Positions 49,836 to 59,433 are shown, counted from the first letter of the stretch. The stretch is 64,000 nt of DNA from Parcubacteria bacterium C7867-008 (GCA_001189215.1 LFCR01000002.1:10677-74676), one strand, 5' to 3'. Notes: generated from the letters alone by a model not told the origin. Made by a program: numbers and translations.

Positions 49836-50414
49836 ATGCTCGTTCCTATGGTGCTCGAGAAATCACAGTTCGGTGAGCGTGCATACGATATATACTCTCG
49901 CCTTCTCCGCGACCGTATCATCTTCCTTGGCGGCCCTATCGATGATGATGTAGCAAACCTCATCATTTCTCAGCTTCTCTTCCTTGAGACAGAAGACCCT
50001 AAGCGTGATATCTGGCTCTACGTGAACTCACCGGGTGGTCACGTGCACTCTGGTCTCGCTATTGTTGACGCAATGAACCATGTAAAACCAGATGTCGCTA
50101 CCGTTGCTATCGGTATGGCAGCCTCTATGGGTTCTATCATTCTCGCCTCAGGTGCTAAAGGAAAGCGTTTCGCTCTTCCAAACGCAGACATCATGATCCA
50201 TCAGCCACACGGTGGTGCAGAAGGACAGGCTGCTGATATTGAGATTAGCGCGCGTCGTATTCTCTCTCTGCGTGAACGTCTCAACAAAATCCTTGCCAAA
50301 ACAACCGGTCAACCACTTGAGAAGATAACGCGTGATGTTGATCGTGACTTCTATCTTTCAGCTGATGAAGCGAAGAAGTACGGCATCGTAGATCAGGTGT
50401 ACAAGACTAAGTAG
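49836..50414 (+). CDS. clpP: ATP-dependent Clp protease proteolytic subunit
   Basis: [24 protein letters not shown]...GMAASMGS...MIHQP; alternative start 49803; ORF-track start 49785 lies in the terminator T-tract. Confidence 0.9.
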   Translation: MLVPMVLEKSQFGERAYDIYSRLLRDRIIFLGGPIDDDVANLIISQLLFLETEDPKRDIWLYVNSPGGHVHSGLAIVDAMNHVKPDVATVAIGMAASMGSIILASGAKGKRFALPNADIMIHQPHGGAEGQAADIEISARRILSLRERLNKILAKTTGQPLEKITRDVDRDFYLSADEAKKYGIVDQVYKTK

Positions 50415-50416
50415 GT

Positions 50417-50857
50417 ATGATCCATCTAGAGCGGCCAGCAGACTTCAACCCTAGGTTTGAAGTAGTGAGCTGCGTTCTAGAACATAATGGTTCGTTCCTG
50501 TTACTCCACCGCCACGCACACAAACCCCAAGGCAATACCTGGGGTCTTCCGGGAGGTAAAGCGGAACCTGAAGAAGACATCCAGACCGCTATTGCACGAG
50601 AAGTATTCGAAGAGACGGGATACGTTGCTTCACCAGAGGTCTTTATCCATTCCCATGAACTCCTCGTAACGCATGATGGATACGATTTCGTGTATCACGT
50701 CTTTGGTCATACCCTGTCGAACCCGTATGAAGTACAAGTAGAGGAGGCTGCACACCAAGGGTATCGTTGGGTATCGCTTGAAGAAGCATTGGAACTCCCT
50801 CTCATGCCAGATGAAGACCAAAGTATCCTACAGTTTTACCGAACCCGTGAAGCGTAG
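50417..50857 (+). CDS. NUDIX hydrolase
   Basis: Nudix box GLPGGKAEPEEDIQTAIAREVFEETG. Confidence 0.8.
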   Translation: MIHLERPADFNPRFEVVSCVLEHNGSFLLLHRHAHKPQGNTWGLPGGKAEPEEDIQTAIAREVFEETGYVASPEVFIHSHELLVTHDGYDFVYHVFGHTLSNPYEVQVEEAAHQGYRWVSLEEALELPLMPDEDQSILQFYRTREA

Positions 50858-50932
50858 TAAGGTGCACCTGTTCCCTCTTATTTGATCCCTAACCCTTTGT
50901 AGACCTATTGGGCACGACCTACGAAGGACTGA

Positions 50933-52468
50933 ATGTATATGTCTATAAAATTAGTATTGATTCTGCTGGCCATTTCAGGCACAGCAGGTATCGCGCTTGG
51001 CTATGTCTTGCGTCTCCTTATCGCACTGGGACAACGTGGTTCTCTCGAGCTTGAAGTGAAGCAGCGTATGCTCGAAGCGAAGGAGCGTGCCAGTCGTATC
51101 ATCGCTGAAGCTGAAGCTCGTGGTGAAGAAATAGAAAAAGAAGCTACCGCTCCCCTTAAAGAGCGTGAAACTCGTATAGAGTCCTATGCTAATCGCCTTT
51201 CAAAGCGTGAAGAGTTTCTTGATGAGCGCGAACAGGGTCTTTCTGAACTAAGTGAGCAGGTGAAGATGCGTGAGAATGAAGCAGCAAACCTGAAACGAGA
51301 GGCTGCAGCACTTATTCAAAGCGAACAGGCAGAACTTGCACGTATTGCGGAACTTTCTGAAGAAGAGGCTCGTACAAAACTATTGAGTAACATAGAGCAA
51401 TTGCATGAGAAAGCGATTCTCGCACGTATTCAGAAGCTTGAGACTAACGGCCGTGAGCGTATTGAAGAAACTGCACGTGGCATTCTTCTCACCGCCATTC
51501 ATCGCATGGGCAATGCAGTGAACACAGAGGTGATGACACTGTCTGTGCAACTCCCCTCAGAAGAACTCAAAGGAAAGGTTATCGGCAAAGAGGGCCGTAA
51601 CATAAAGGCCTTTGAACGCGCTACCGGTGTAGACGTCATCATCGATGAAGCACCAGACCGTATTACTCTTTCTTCCTTTGATCCGCTACGTCGCCATATC
51701 GCCAAGATAGCGCTTGAACGCCTTATCGAAGATGGCCGTATCCAGCCTGCAAAGATTGAGGAGATCGTTGAGAAGGCAAAGCAGGAAGTTGAGACCATCA
51801 TTAAGCAAAAGGGTGAGGAAGCAGCGTATGAGGTTGGCATTGTTGGTCTCGACTCACGCCTTATTACCCTTCTCGGTCGTCTGCACTTCCGTACCAGCTA
51901 CGGACAGAACGTCCTACAGCACTCTATTGAAATGGCACACATTGCTGGCATGCTCGCAGCAGAACTTGATGCAGATGCTGAGGTTGCACGCACTGGTGCT
52001 CTCCTTCATGACATTGGAAAAGCCGTAGATCATGAGGTACAAGGCACTCATGTTGAGATTGGTCGCCGTATCCTTGAGAAGTTCGGTGTAGACAAGAAGG
52101 TTATTCAGGCGATGCAGGCACATCATGAGGAATATCCGTATGAAACACCTGAGTCAATCATCGTGCAGGTTGCAGATAGCATCTCTGCAAGTCGCCCAGG
52201 TGCACGCAGAGACACCATTGAGCGGTATCTAGAGCGTCTTGGTGATCTTGAGCGCATAGCAAAGGGATTTGAAGGTGTTGAGAAGGTGTATGCGATACAA
52301 GCAGGACGTGAAATACGTATCTTTGTTAATCCAGGTAAGGTATCAGACCTTGAAACACATAAACTTGCGCGAGAAATTGCTGCACGTATTCAAGAAGAGC
52401 TTAAATATCCGGGAGAAATTAAAGTGAATGTGATTCGTGAGAACCGTGTGGTTGAATTCGCACGCTAA
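50933..52468 (+). CDS. rny: ribonuclease Y
   Basis: N-terminal TM, coiled coil, KH, HD domain (LLHDIGKAVDHE). Confidence 0.9.
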   Translation: MYMSIKLVLILLAISGTAGIALGYVLRLLIALGQRGSLELEVKQRMLEAKERASRIIAEAEARGEEIEKEATAPLKERETRIESYANRLSKREEFLDEREQGLSELSEQVKMRENEAANLKREAAALIQSEQAELARIAELSEEEARTKLLSNIEQLHEKAILARIQKLETNGRERIEETARGILLTAIHRMGNAVNTEVMTLSVQLPSEELKGKVIGKEGRNIKAFERATGVDVIIDEAPDRITLSSFDPLRRHIAKIALERLIEDGRIQPAKIEEIVEKAKQEVETIIKQKGEEAAYEVGIVGLDSRLITLLGRLHFRTSYGQNVLQHSIEMAHIAGMLAAELDADAEVARTGALLHDIGKAVDHEVQGTHVEIGRRILEKFGVDKKVIQAMQAHHEEYPYETPESIIVQVADSISASRPGARRDTIERYLERLGDLERIAKGFEGVEKVYAIQAGREIRIFVNPGKVSDLETHKLAREIAARIQEELKYPGEIKVNVIRENRVVEFAR

Positions 52469-52488
52469 CCACACTTGACAGATTCTAT

Positions 52489-52514
52489 AAAAATCACCCT
52501 TATGGGTGATTTTT
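52489..52514 (+). terminator. intrinsic terminator after rny (aaaaatcaccc-ttat-gggtgattttt)
   Basis: 11-bp stem plus T-run. Confidence 0.7.
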
Positions 52515-52542
52515 CGCTATCCCCCTTATATTTCCTAGCCTA

Positions 52543-52570
52543 TTGCGTTATATCCCTCATTTTCTATACT
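52543..52570 (+). promoter_or_regulatory. candidate sigma70-type promoter for hup (TTGCGT-16-TATACT)
   Basis: hexamer match and spacing only. Confidence 0.3.
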
Positions 52571-52622
52571 TTCCGCACAGACCTCCCTTGGAGGACTTAG
52601 CCCTAAACCCCAATAGATTCGT

Positions 52623-52829
52623 ATGAACAAGGCAGATATCGTGATGAAGGTGCAGGATGTGCTCGGCGGAACGAAAGCTGATGCAGAGCGCGCTGTAGAG
52701 ATGGTTATCGAAAGCATCGTAGGTGGCCTCAAGGCTGGTGACGAAGTATCGATTGCAGGTCTCGGCATTTTCCGTGCAAAGCCTCGTGCTGCACGTATGG
52801 CACGTAACCCTCGCACAGGTGAGTTCTAA
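52623..52829 (+). CDS. hup: HU/IHF-family DNA-binding protein, apparently C-terminally truncated (68 aa)
   Basis: MNKADIVMKVQDVLGG...GLGIFRAKPRAARMARNPRTGE then stop; about 22 C-terminal residues of the DNA-binding arm are missing. Confidence 0.7.
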   Translation: MNKADIVMKVQDVLGGTKADAERAVEMVIESIVGGLKAGDEVSIAGLGIFRAKPRAARMARNPRTGEF

Positions 52830-52864
52830 AAGGAAAAGCCCCGCTAAGCGGGGCTTTTCCTTTT
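52828..52864. terminator. bidirectional intrinsic terminator between convergent hup and TrmB genes (17-bp perfect palindrome aaaaggaaaagccccgc/gcggggcttttcctttt)
   Basis: seen in sequence. Confidence 0.8.
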
Positions 52865-52866
52865 AT

Positions 52867-53634
52867 CTACACGAGTGGCCAAAGATTCTTAAACACCTCC
52901 CGTTGATCATGCGCCATGAGCTTGTCATGGATTTCAACAAGGTAAAACGGTTTTGTACGGGTATTAATCATGATTAGATAGTCTCCCACAATCCACGTGG
53001 TGGAGAGGAAGTCAGCTGCCTCTCCCCAGAACTTAATATTTCGATTCTTAAGGTGTCCACGTGATTTAGCAAATTGGACTTCAATTGGCGCACGATTACT
53101 TAACAGCTTAAGGTCAATACCTTCTGGCCAACGGAGCCAGTACCAACTTATCCATTCGTTGTAGTGTTCAACAAAAGTATGGTCTTGGAATCCCCACCAG
53201 GTGCGCTCATCGGTAGCGAGCAAGTTAGCATCCCAGACTTCTGCTTGTTGATGGAGAAAAGAAGATATCTTTGATTCTTCAATAAATCGAACGGTTGGGA
53301 CCGGATACGCAGTCTTAGCTGAAATCTTGGAAAGCTCAGCTGCTACTTTCTTTAATGTCTCCTCCTTAAGGACCAGCTTTTGTCTCTCACCTTCAATAAG
53401 TCCAATGATCTCGTCAGGAGTTGATGGCATAAACACACGAGGTCTTCGTGTTGAGTCTTCCGTAAGTAAACCCTTCTCTACTAACGAACGTGCAACGCTA
53501 TATGCTGTAGTGCGTTTCATCTGCGCCGCCTTAGCAAGACCTGCTGGTGCCAACGGGCCATTTTGAAGAATAGCTTGGTATAGAGCCAATTCGCTGTCAT
53601 TTAAATTAAGCGATTCAAGTAGTTTCTCGTCCAT
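52867..53634 (-). CDS. TrmB-family transcriptional regulator
   Basis: N-terminal winged helix LALYQAILQNGPLAPAGLAKAAQMKRTTAYSVARSLVEKGLL; TrmB-type C-terminal domain. Confidence 0.65.
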   Translation of the reverse strand: MDEKLLESLNLNDSELALYQAILQNGPLAPAGLAKAAQMKRTTAYSVARSLVEKGLLTEDSTRRPRVFMPSTPDEIIGLIEGERQKLVLKEETLKKVAAELSKISAKTAYPVPTVRFIEESKISSFLHQQAEVWDANLLATDERTWWGFQDHTFVEHYNEWISWYWLRWPEGIDLKLLSNRAPIEVQFAKSRGHLKNRNIKFWGEAADFLSTTWIVGDYLIMINTRTKPFYLVEIHDKLMAHDQREVFKNLWPLV

Positions 53635-53663
53635 TCCAAAAGCATATCTGTTGTCTAATGTTT

Positions 53664-53690
53664 GTCAACAAATGTCCGACATTTGTTGAC
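53664..53690. promoter_or_regulatory. 27-bp perfect palindrome GTCAACAAATGTC-c-GACATTTGTTGAC in the divergent TrmB / small-membrane-protein promoter region; candidate operator
   Basis: seen in sequence. Confidence 0.45.
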
Positions 53691-53742
53691 CGATGTTACT
53701 TTTATGACATGATTCGATCAGAAATCAATAGGAGCAATTTAA

Positions 53743-53985
53743 ATGAATGAGCTGGAAGAAGACGAAACCACCACGGTGATTCACAAGCTCTGGCTGAGTT
53801 TCATGATGTTCACATTTTCAGGCATATGCGGGTTCTGCTTCTGGACTGAAGGTGTGCAGAAACACGTAATGCTTCAACTGATCATGGGGCCTATCTCCGC
53901 GCTGATCTTTCTCTTTGTGAGTGCCCTCTGCTTCTGGCTGGCTCTAAGGCAACTCAAAAGAAGGAGCCAGAAGAGGGCGACGTAG
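53743..53985 (+). CDS. hypothetical small 2-TM membrane protein
   Basis: ORF downstream of the palindrome. Confidence 0.4.
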   Translation: MNELEEDETTTVIHKLWLSFMMFTFSGICGFCFWTEGVQKHVMLQLIMGPISALIFLFVSALCFWLALRQLKRRSQKRAT

Positions 53986-54073
53986 GTCGCCCTTCCCATT
54001 CAGACGCTGAAACACTTCTGCGTCTGATAGGAAACTTGAACCTTTCATCACCAAACCCCAGGAGGGTCCGATC

Positions 54074-54760
54074 ATGCGTACGCAAGGTATCATCGCTATC
54101 GCCACCACGATCATCACAATCCTGCTTGCACCCTCGGCATTTGCCGAATGCAGCAACACGATCTACGGCAAAGTCGCTACTGGCTACATTCTGAAGGATG
54201 TCGGTGTGACAGCATCCGATCAACCGGTGGCACAGGGTGGATATACTCGCACCTGCGGAAAGCTTTCCAGTGACATCTTCTTAAGTACCGGTCCGCAACA
54301 AAAGACTGCTCATGAAGTCGATTTCTCTGGCTTCTACGACGACCAGTACGGGCCAGTGAAAATTCAACTGTCTGGTCAGTACTACTTCGTAAACCTGGGT
54401 CACTCGCTCACGAAACCGAAAGATGATATCGCTGAGTTCTATGCTGATGCATCTGTTCCGATTTCTCTTGCGGGTGTGACGATCTCTCCGCTAATACGTG
54501 TTGTTCAGATCGTTGGAGTGAAAACTCTGCCAAGCGAAACTCTTCTTCAAGGTGGCGGACGTATATCCGTACAGTTAAATGAGCGCACATCGTTCAACGC
54601 AGAGATCCGTAAGTCCAGAAGCTCCAGACACTACTCTGTGTGGCGTTCATCCGCTACGCTCTCGAACAAAATCTCGAAGAGCACATCTATCAACGTTGGT
54701 TGGGAGAATACAGATCGTACTGATTCTGTCTTCTCGATCGGCGCCTCGCGCAGTTTCTAG
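54074..54760 (+). CDS. secreted hypothetical protein (beta-rich)
   Basis: AGGAGGG Shine-Dalgarno 6 nt upstream; signal peptide IAIATTIITILLAPSAFA. Confidence 0.5.
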   Translation: MRTQGIIAIATTIITILLAPSAFAECSNTIYGKVATGYILKDVGVTASDQPVAQGGYTRTCGKLSSDIFLSTGPQQKTAHEVDFSGFYDDQYGPVKIQLSGQYYFVNLGHSLTKPKDDIAEFYADASVPISLAGVTISPLIRVVQIVGVKTLPSETLLQGGGRISVQLNERTSFNAEIRKSRSSRHYSVWRSSATLSNKISKSTSINVGWENTDRTDSVFSIGASRSF

Positions 54761-54763
54761 AGG

Positions 54764-55015
54764 GTGTTGGACATGAGTAAAGATCCGTGCGAGGAACTTG
54801 ATGGCCTCCTTTGTCAGTATGTTTGTGAGATCTTGGTGGGTGAACCATTGGAGCGAATCCAAGAGCACCTAAAAGTCTGCACTGGCTGCCAGGAACTCCT
54901 TACATACTTGCAGGAAGGACGAGCTGCTGATTATGCAGCAGATCCTGAATGGGCCGCACTGGTGGCAAAAGATCGACAAGGTGTCATTGCCACACGTAAA
55001 TCTAAGCTCAATTGA
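54764..55015 (+). CDS. small zf-HC2 (anti-sigma-factor-type zinc finger) protein
   Basis: C-x18-H-x3-C-x2-C arrangement (CEILVGEP...HLKVCTGC). Confidence 0.5.
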   Translation: MLDMSKDPCEELDGLLCQYVCEILVGEPLERIQEHLKVCTGCQELLTYLQEGRAADYAADPEWAALVAKDRQGVIATRKSKLN

Positions 55016-55018
55016 GCT

Positions 55019-55052
55019 GCCGCGCTGCTAGTCAGCGCGGCTTTGTTTTATT
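55019..55052 (+). terminator. intrinsic terminator (gccgcgctg-ctagt-cagcgcggc-tttgtttta)
   Basis: seen in sequence. Confidence 0.7.
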
Positions 55053-56232
55053 CAAAATACTTCCTCTTCTTTAATTTCTCAGGCAAATAACTCTCTTCGT
55101 CATACATCTCATACCCCTTACCGTACTCAAGATCTTTCATAAGCTTCGTGGGTGCATTACGGATGTGTTTTGGTACCGGAAGATTACCCATCTTCTTTAT
55201 ATCTGCTTGTGCAGCGCGTAGTGCATCGTATGCAGAACGATCTTTCTTTGCTTGAGCTAGGTATGCAACACCATGAGCAAGATTTATTGCACATTCTGGA
55301 TATCCAATTACTTCGCATGCTCTAAACACTGCATTAGCCACCACTAGTGCTGTTGGTTGTGCCACGCCTATATCTTCTGAAGCGAAGATAACCATCCTGC
55401 GCGCGATAAAGAGTGGGTCTTCACCTGCTTCAACCATGCGTGCTAGATAATACACAGCAGCATCTGGTTGGGACGCGCGCATGCTTTTTATGAATGCACT
55501 GATAGTGTCGTAGTGTTCGTCACCCTTTTTGTCGTAGCGAAGATGCGGAGATTCTAGTGCTTTATTAAGAGTGTCAACGGTTATCTTTCCATAGAGACTG
55601 GTGGTGCTGTCTAGGAGAGTAAGGGCACGCCGTGCGTCCCCATTCGCATATCCCATCAACCATTCAAATGCATCCCTGCCGAGCTTTAGTTTGGCGCGCT
55701 TCACAATAGCTCGTAATGATTCTTCTGAAAGTGGTTCTAGTACAAACACTCTGCAACGAGACAGGAGTGCAGGTATCACTTCGAAGGAAGGGTTTTCTGT
55801 GGTTGCACCAATAAGTGTTAGCTTCCCACTTTCAACATACGGAAGAAGAAAGTCTTGCTGACTTTTATTAAACCGATGTATCTCATCTAGAAACAATACT
55901 TTTGGGCGCTCAGGTGCGAACACATCATCCGAGAACGGTTCTTGAAATGTGTTCTTCCCTCCCCTACCCTTTGCTGCTCCATCTACTATCTGACGAATGT
56001 CTTCCTTCCCCGCAGAAACGGCTGAGAGCTCGTATAGATCTGCATCTAATGCTTTGGCATAGATGCGTGCAATGGTCGTCTTACCGGTCCCTGGAGGGCC
56101 CCACAACAGGAACGAGAATCGATGTCTCTTCTCTATTGCAACTCGTATCGGCTTCCCTTCTCCTACCAAATGCTCTTGGCCCACGAACTCATCAAGAGTC
56201 TTAGGCCTGAGACGTGCTGCAAGAGGTTCCAT
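55048..56232 (-). CDS. rarA: replication-associated recombination protein A (RarA/MgsA AAA+ ATPase)
   Basis: LLWGPPGTGKTT, LFLDEIHRFNKSQQD, MgsA C-terminal domain. Confidence 0.9.
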   Translation of the reverse strand: MEPLAARLRPKTLDEFVGQEHLVGEGKPIRVAIEKRHRFSFLLWGPPGTGKTTIARIYAKALDADLYELSAVSAGKEDIRQIVDGAAKGRGGKNTFQEPFSDDVFAPERPKVLFLDEIHRFNKSQQDFLLPYVESGKLTLIGATTENPSFEVIPALLSRCRVFVLEPLSEESLRAIVKRAKLKLGRDAFEWLMGYANGDARRALTLLDSTTSLYGKITVDTLNKALESPHLRYDKKGDEHYDTISAFIKSMRASQPDAAVYYLARMVEAGEDPLFIARRMVIFASEDIGVAQPTALVVANAVFRACEVIGYPECAINLAHGVAYLAQAKKDRSAYDALRAAQADIKKMGNLPVPKHIRNAPTKLMKDLEYGKGYEMYDEESYLPEKLKKRKYFE

Positions 56233-56303
56233 ACATAAAGGGTACGCCGGTGTATCTGAAAATCAATCGAACACCATACCAAAACTCGTGATACCCTACC
56301 CTC

Positions 56304-56924
56304 ATGAAGAAGGTCTATATTGTTGGCATCCTGACGACTATTGTGCTTATTTTAGGTGTTTTCTACTTCGCTCAAAATAATTCTGGAGTAGATTTAACTA
56401 CTGTTACAGTGCAATTTCTTCCTGATAACAGTACGTACGGCAAAGGGACATTAACTCCACAGCAACAGCAAATTAAAGATGTAGCGTTTTCTCTCCTGCA
56501 AAAGTTTAACCATGCGAGCGAAGAGAATCGAGATGGCTATACCCTTCTTGGCGTCGGCCATACATACGTCGTAATGCGATACTATCCAGCAACCTCATTA
56601 TTCCCACGCGATTATGTGATTGATCTAAAAAAGAGAACCGTGCACGGACTTGAAACAGGCTATTCATTCCAAACCCGTGACACTATTGTCTACATATTTT
56701 CAAAGCGTATAGCGTACCTAAAACTGGACCAAGGATTTAGTATCGAACTACCAAATTCACTCTTGGGTGCTGATGAAACCTACGAGCCTAGCGACGGTCT
56801 TTTACCTAAACCAGAAGTAATCCAAACGGAAAGTTCTTTTGCCGTGTCTATTTTTACTAATGAATCTGAATATGGAAGTGTTGAGCATAAGAAGGTTCGC
56901 GAACAAACGTTTCAAATACCTTAA
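56304..56924 (+). CDS. hypothetical membrane-anchored protein, AT-rich
   Basis: N-terminal TM helix; start of a low-GC block. Confidence 0.45.
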   Translation: MKKVYIVGILTTIVLILGVFYFAQNNSGVDLTTVTVQFLPDNSTYGKGTLTPQQQQIKDVAFSLLQKFNHASEENRDGYTLLGVGHTYVVMRYYPATSLFPRDYVIDLKKRTVHGLETGYSFQTRDTIVYIFSKRIAYLKLDQGFSIELPNSLLGADETYEPSDGLLPKPEVIQTESSFAVSIFTNESEYGSVEHKKVREQTFQIP

Positions 56925-58697
56925 TTAATCCTCCCAGACAGTCGGTGTCTCCTTAGCGTTCTGAAGTGAGGAGTGGGCAACAATACTAACCATGTGTTCC
57001 TCTTTAACGTGATGCATTTGTGCAAGCTCTTTCTTATATTCAACCCATCGCTCTAGCAGATGTTTCTGCGACATCTTATCTAAATCATAGATACCCGGCG
57101 TCTGTTCACCAATCGAGAGAAGATGTGCAGCCTGCATGGCACCGATATACAATAGACAGCGAGTAAGAACAATATCTTCATCTGGTGTTGAATCTTTGAT
57201 GCGATCAAAGTTAATGGGATAGCCACCATTAAGTATTTTTAGATCTAAATCATCGTGAACCGTAACGATTTGGGTGCCATAAACATCTGAAGTTGGTTCA
57301 GCTAGTTTGAGTAACGATCCAAACTCCACATCTGCAGAGGATGCACTCACAAGAACTTTAGAGCCTGAAACACGTTCAAGGGCAGTACCAACAATTGAAT
57401 CAGTACCCACGGTTCCGACTATTAAATCGCACTTGTTTAGAAGTACATCAATTGAGCTTATGGAATTCTCTGGTACCGAGTCACTTGAGTGATAGGTTGG
57501 GTCATAACAAAGTACGGTTCTTCCCATTGCAGTAAGCGCTCTTTGCACTGCTCCACCAATACTACCTACACCTAGAATGCCTATCTGTTTTGAATCAGAA
57601 ATAGCACCTAGTTCATTTAGTTTCTTAACAACAGAGATTCCAATGAATTCGGATTCAATCAACTTCTTAATACCCGAAGAAGCAACGCTAATTATTGGTG
57701 GAGTCTTTATGGTGCTTCCCTCAACACGAGTGATCCCTCGTTGAGTTTGTTCAACACCAACAATTTGTACTCCCTCTAACTCCTTCCAGGGTATTGAGTG
57801 CCAGAGATCTCCACCATCATCCACAATTAGAAGCTTCTTAAAACGGTACTTCTTTTGGCTCTCAATAACCTTCCTCCACAACACTTCAATACTTTTCTGT
57901 GTAGCGAATTCATACGGCATACCTGCCTCCATATGCACTTTCGTTACGTCGTATCCAGATCTAACAAGATCATTAAATACTGAGCGTATGGTTGAGTATG
58001 GCTTTTCAAGAATATATATACGCCCAGGCGCTACGAGATGTGAAAGATGTCTAAAGAATGGAGAGCTATTGGGCAGTAAGTGGGTATGCACAATAATTGC
58101 GCAATCAGGAAGTCTTGATCGTGTTGTATGATCCGCTGCCCAATCAAGCAGAGGGAGAGAACTAATGGGCTGTGGTACGTGATCTGCTCGTGCCAATGCT
58201 ATGAAGTAGTTTCTGAATTCAGAAGCTTGTGCTGTTTCCTCTTGGAGTAGGGACGAACCAAAGTACATAACATCGCACTCCGTGTCTGCAATTAGTGTCC
58301 ACTCTCCTATTTGGCGAGAACGCTTAGTTAAAAGCCAGTCACTTGTTTCGAATAGTCCAATGAAATCTCCTGGTCCGAGAGTCTTAGTCCCCTTTCCTGC
58401 TTTTAACACAACAATATTTCCTCTTAGCACCACCCCAAGTGGGACATGCGCATATTGTAGGTCTGGATTAGAATCAATATCACAAGCTGTTAGTACTCCA
58501 TCGTTAACAACTTCTACACCTTTGCAATATTCAGCGACAAGAACCTTCCCACGCTTCTTTGCAAGGAATACCTGAAGCGCATTAGCATTAGCTACCGGTA
58601 TCTTGTGATATCCAACAGAAGTATCAGACGAAATACGTTCTAGTACACGCTGTACTACTTGCAGATCAGCCTCTTTCCATGAAACAGGTATGTTCAT
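56925..58697 (-). CDS. fusion protein: N-terminal cyclic-nucleotide-binding-like domain plus C-terminal S-adenosyl-L-homocysteine-hydrolase-like domain (with NAD-binding Rossmann region)
   Basis: GPGDFIGLFE cNMP-binding motif; KLLIVDDGGDLWHS (AdoHcyase DDGGD signature); IGILGVGSIGGAVQRALTAMGRTVLCYDP Rossmann. Confidence 0.5.
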   Translation of the reverse strand: MNIPVSWKEADLQVVQRVLERISSDTSVGYHKIPVANANALQVFLAKKRGKVLVAEYCKGVEVVNDGVLTACDIDSNPDLQYAHVPLGVVLRGNIVVLKAGKGTKTLGPGDFIGLFETSDWLLTKRSRQIGEWTLIADTECDVMYFGSSLLQEETAQASEFRNYFIALARADHVPQPISSLPLLDWAADHTTRSRLPDCAIIVHTHLLPNSSPFFRHLSHLVAPGRIYILEKPYSTIRSVFNDLVRSGYDVTKVHMEAGMPYEFATQKSIEVLWRKVIESQKKYRFKKLLIVDDGGDLWHSIPWKELEGVQIVGVEQTQRGITRVEGSTIKTPPIISVASSGIKKLIESEFIGISVVKKLNELGAISDSKQIGILGVGSIGGAVQRALTAMGRTVLCYDPTYHSSDSVPENSISSIDVLLNKCDLIVGTVGTDSIVGTALERVSGSKVLVSASSADVEFGSLLKLAEPTSDVYGTQIVTVHDDLDLKILNGGYPINFDRIKDSTPDEDIVLTRCLLYIGAMQAAHLLSIGEQTPGIYDLDKMSQKHLLERWVEYKKELAQMHHVKEEHMVSIVAHSSLQNAKETPTVWED

Positions 58698-58707
58698 GAG
58701 TACCTGG

Positions 58708-59433
58708 TTACGAACCCTTCTTTAGAGAACACGTATACACCTGACAGTTGTAGTTAAAGTCTGGGCCACTGTATGCAGGATCATTCCAGTCATTCTTTTC
58801 TTCAAAGTCATCTATCTTAAGGTTGTTTGTTTCAAGTGCTTTCTTAAAGCGAACAACATCTCCGGACTGTGAGAAACCTAGATACAATTTGCCATCTTCC
58901 TTAAGGAAATGTTTAACCTCTGCTAGAAGGGTTTCCATGGCGTAGTAATCAGCATCTATAACACCCTTCTCGAGATCATTTGCTGGAACACCGTTATGGT
59001 ATGGAAGATTAAATATGATCGAATCATATGCAATCTTTGGAACGTTTGAGAACACATCTGAAACCACAGCCACAGCATTTGTGAGCTTAAATTTCTCAAA
59101 GTTAATCTTAGTATTTTCAATAGCCGCAGGATTAATATCAGCTGCAGTGATAGATTTTGCACCACGCAGACCAACAAACACTGAAACGAGACCAGACCCA
59201 GGACCTAGCTCAAGTACATTCTGCCCTGAAAAGTCTTTTGGGATGTAATCAATCATGTACACACCTGCCCAGTCGTACTTGGGCGACATTACACCAGGTA
59301 GTACAGTAATTTCCTCGCCAAATACTGTTACGTCGTATGGGGCAGTATGTGTATTAACCTTATTCAAGTATGGACGTGTGGTTAGGTGAATCTGATCATC
59401 ATCGAGAGCGGTAAGATATTCTTTTTCGTTCAT
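58708..59433 (-). CDS. class I SAM-dependent methyltransferase, MTS/HemK-RsmC-like (NLPY motif)
   Basis: motif I VLELGPGSGLVSV; motif IV IIFNLPYH; 10 nt upstream of the fusion gene. Confidence 0.75.
   Translation of the reverse strand: MNEKEYLTALDDDQIHLTTRPYLNKVNTHTAPYDVTVFGEEITVLPGVMSPKYDWAGVYMIDYIPKDFSGQNVLELGPGSGLVSVFVGLRGAKSITAADINPAAIENTKINFEKFKLTNAVAVVSDVFSNVPKIAYDSIIFNLPYHNGVPANDLEKGVIDADYYAMETLLAEVKHFLKEDGKLYLGFSQSGDVVRFKKALETNNLKIDDFEEKNDWNDPAYSGPDFNYNCQVYTCSLKKGS

Noticed and set aside
56250-56275. aatcgaac...cc segment resembling the tRNA-Gly T-arm region, considered as an att repeat
   Set aside because: Only 10-11 matching nt, which could be chance. Mentioned as weak support only.
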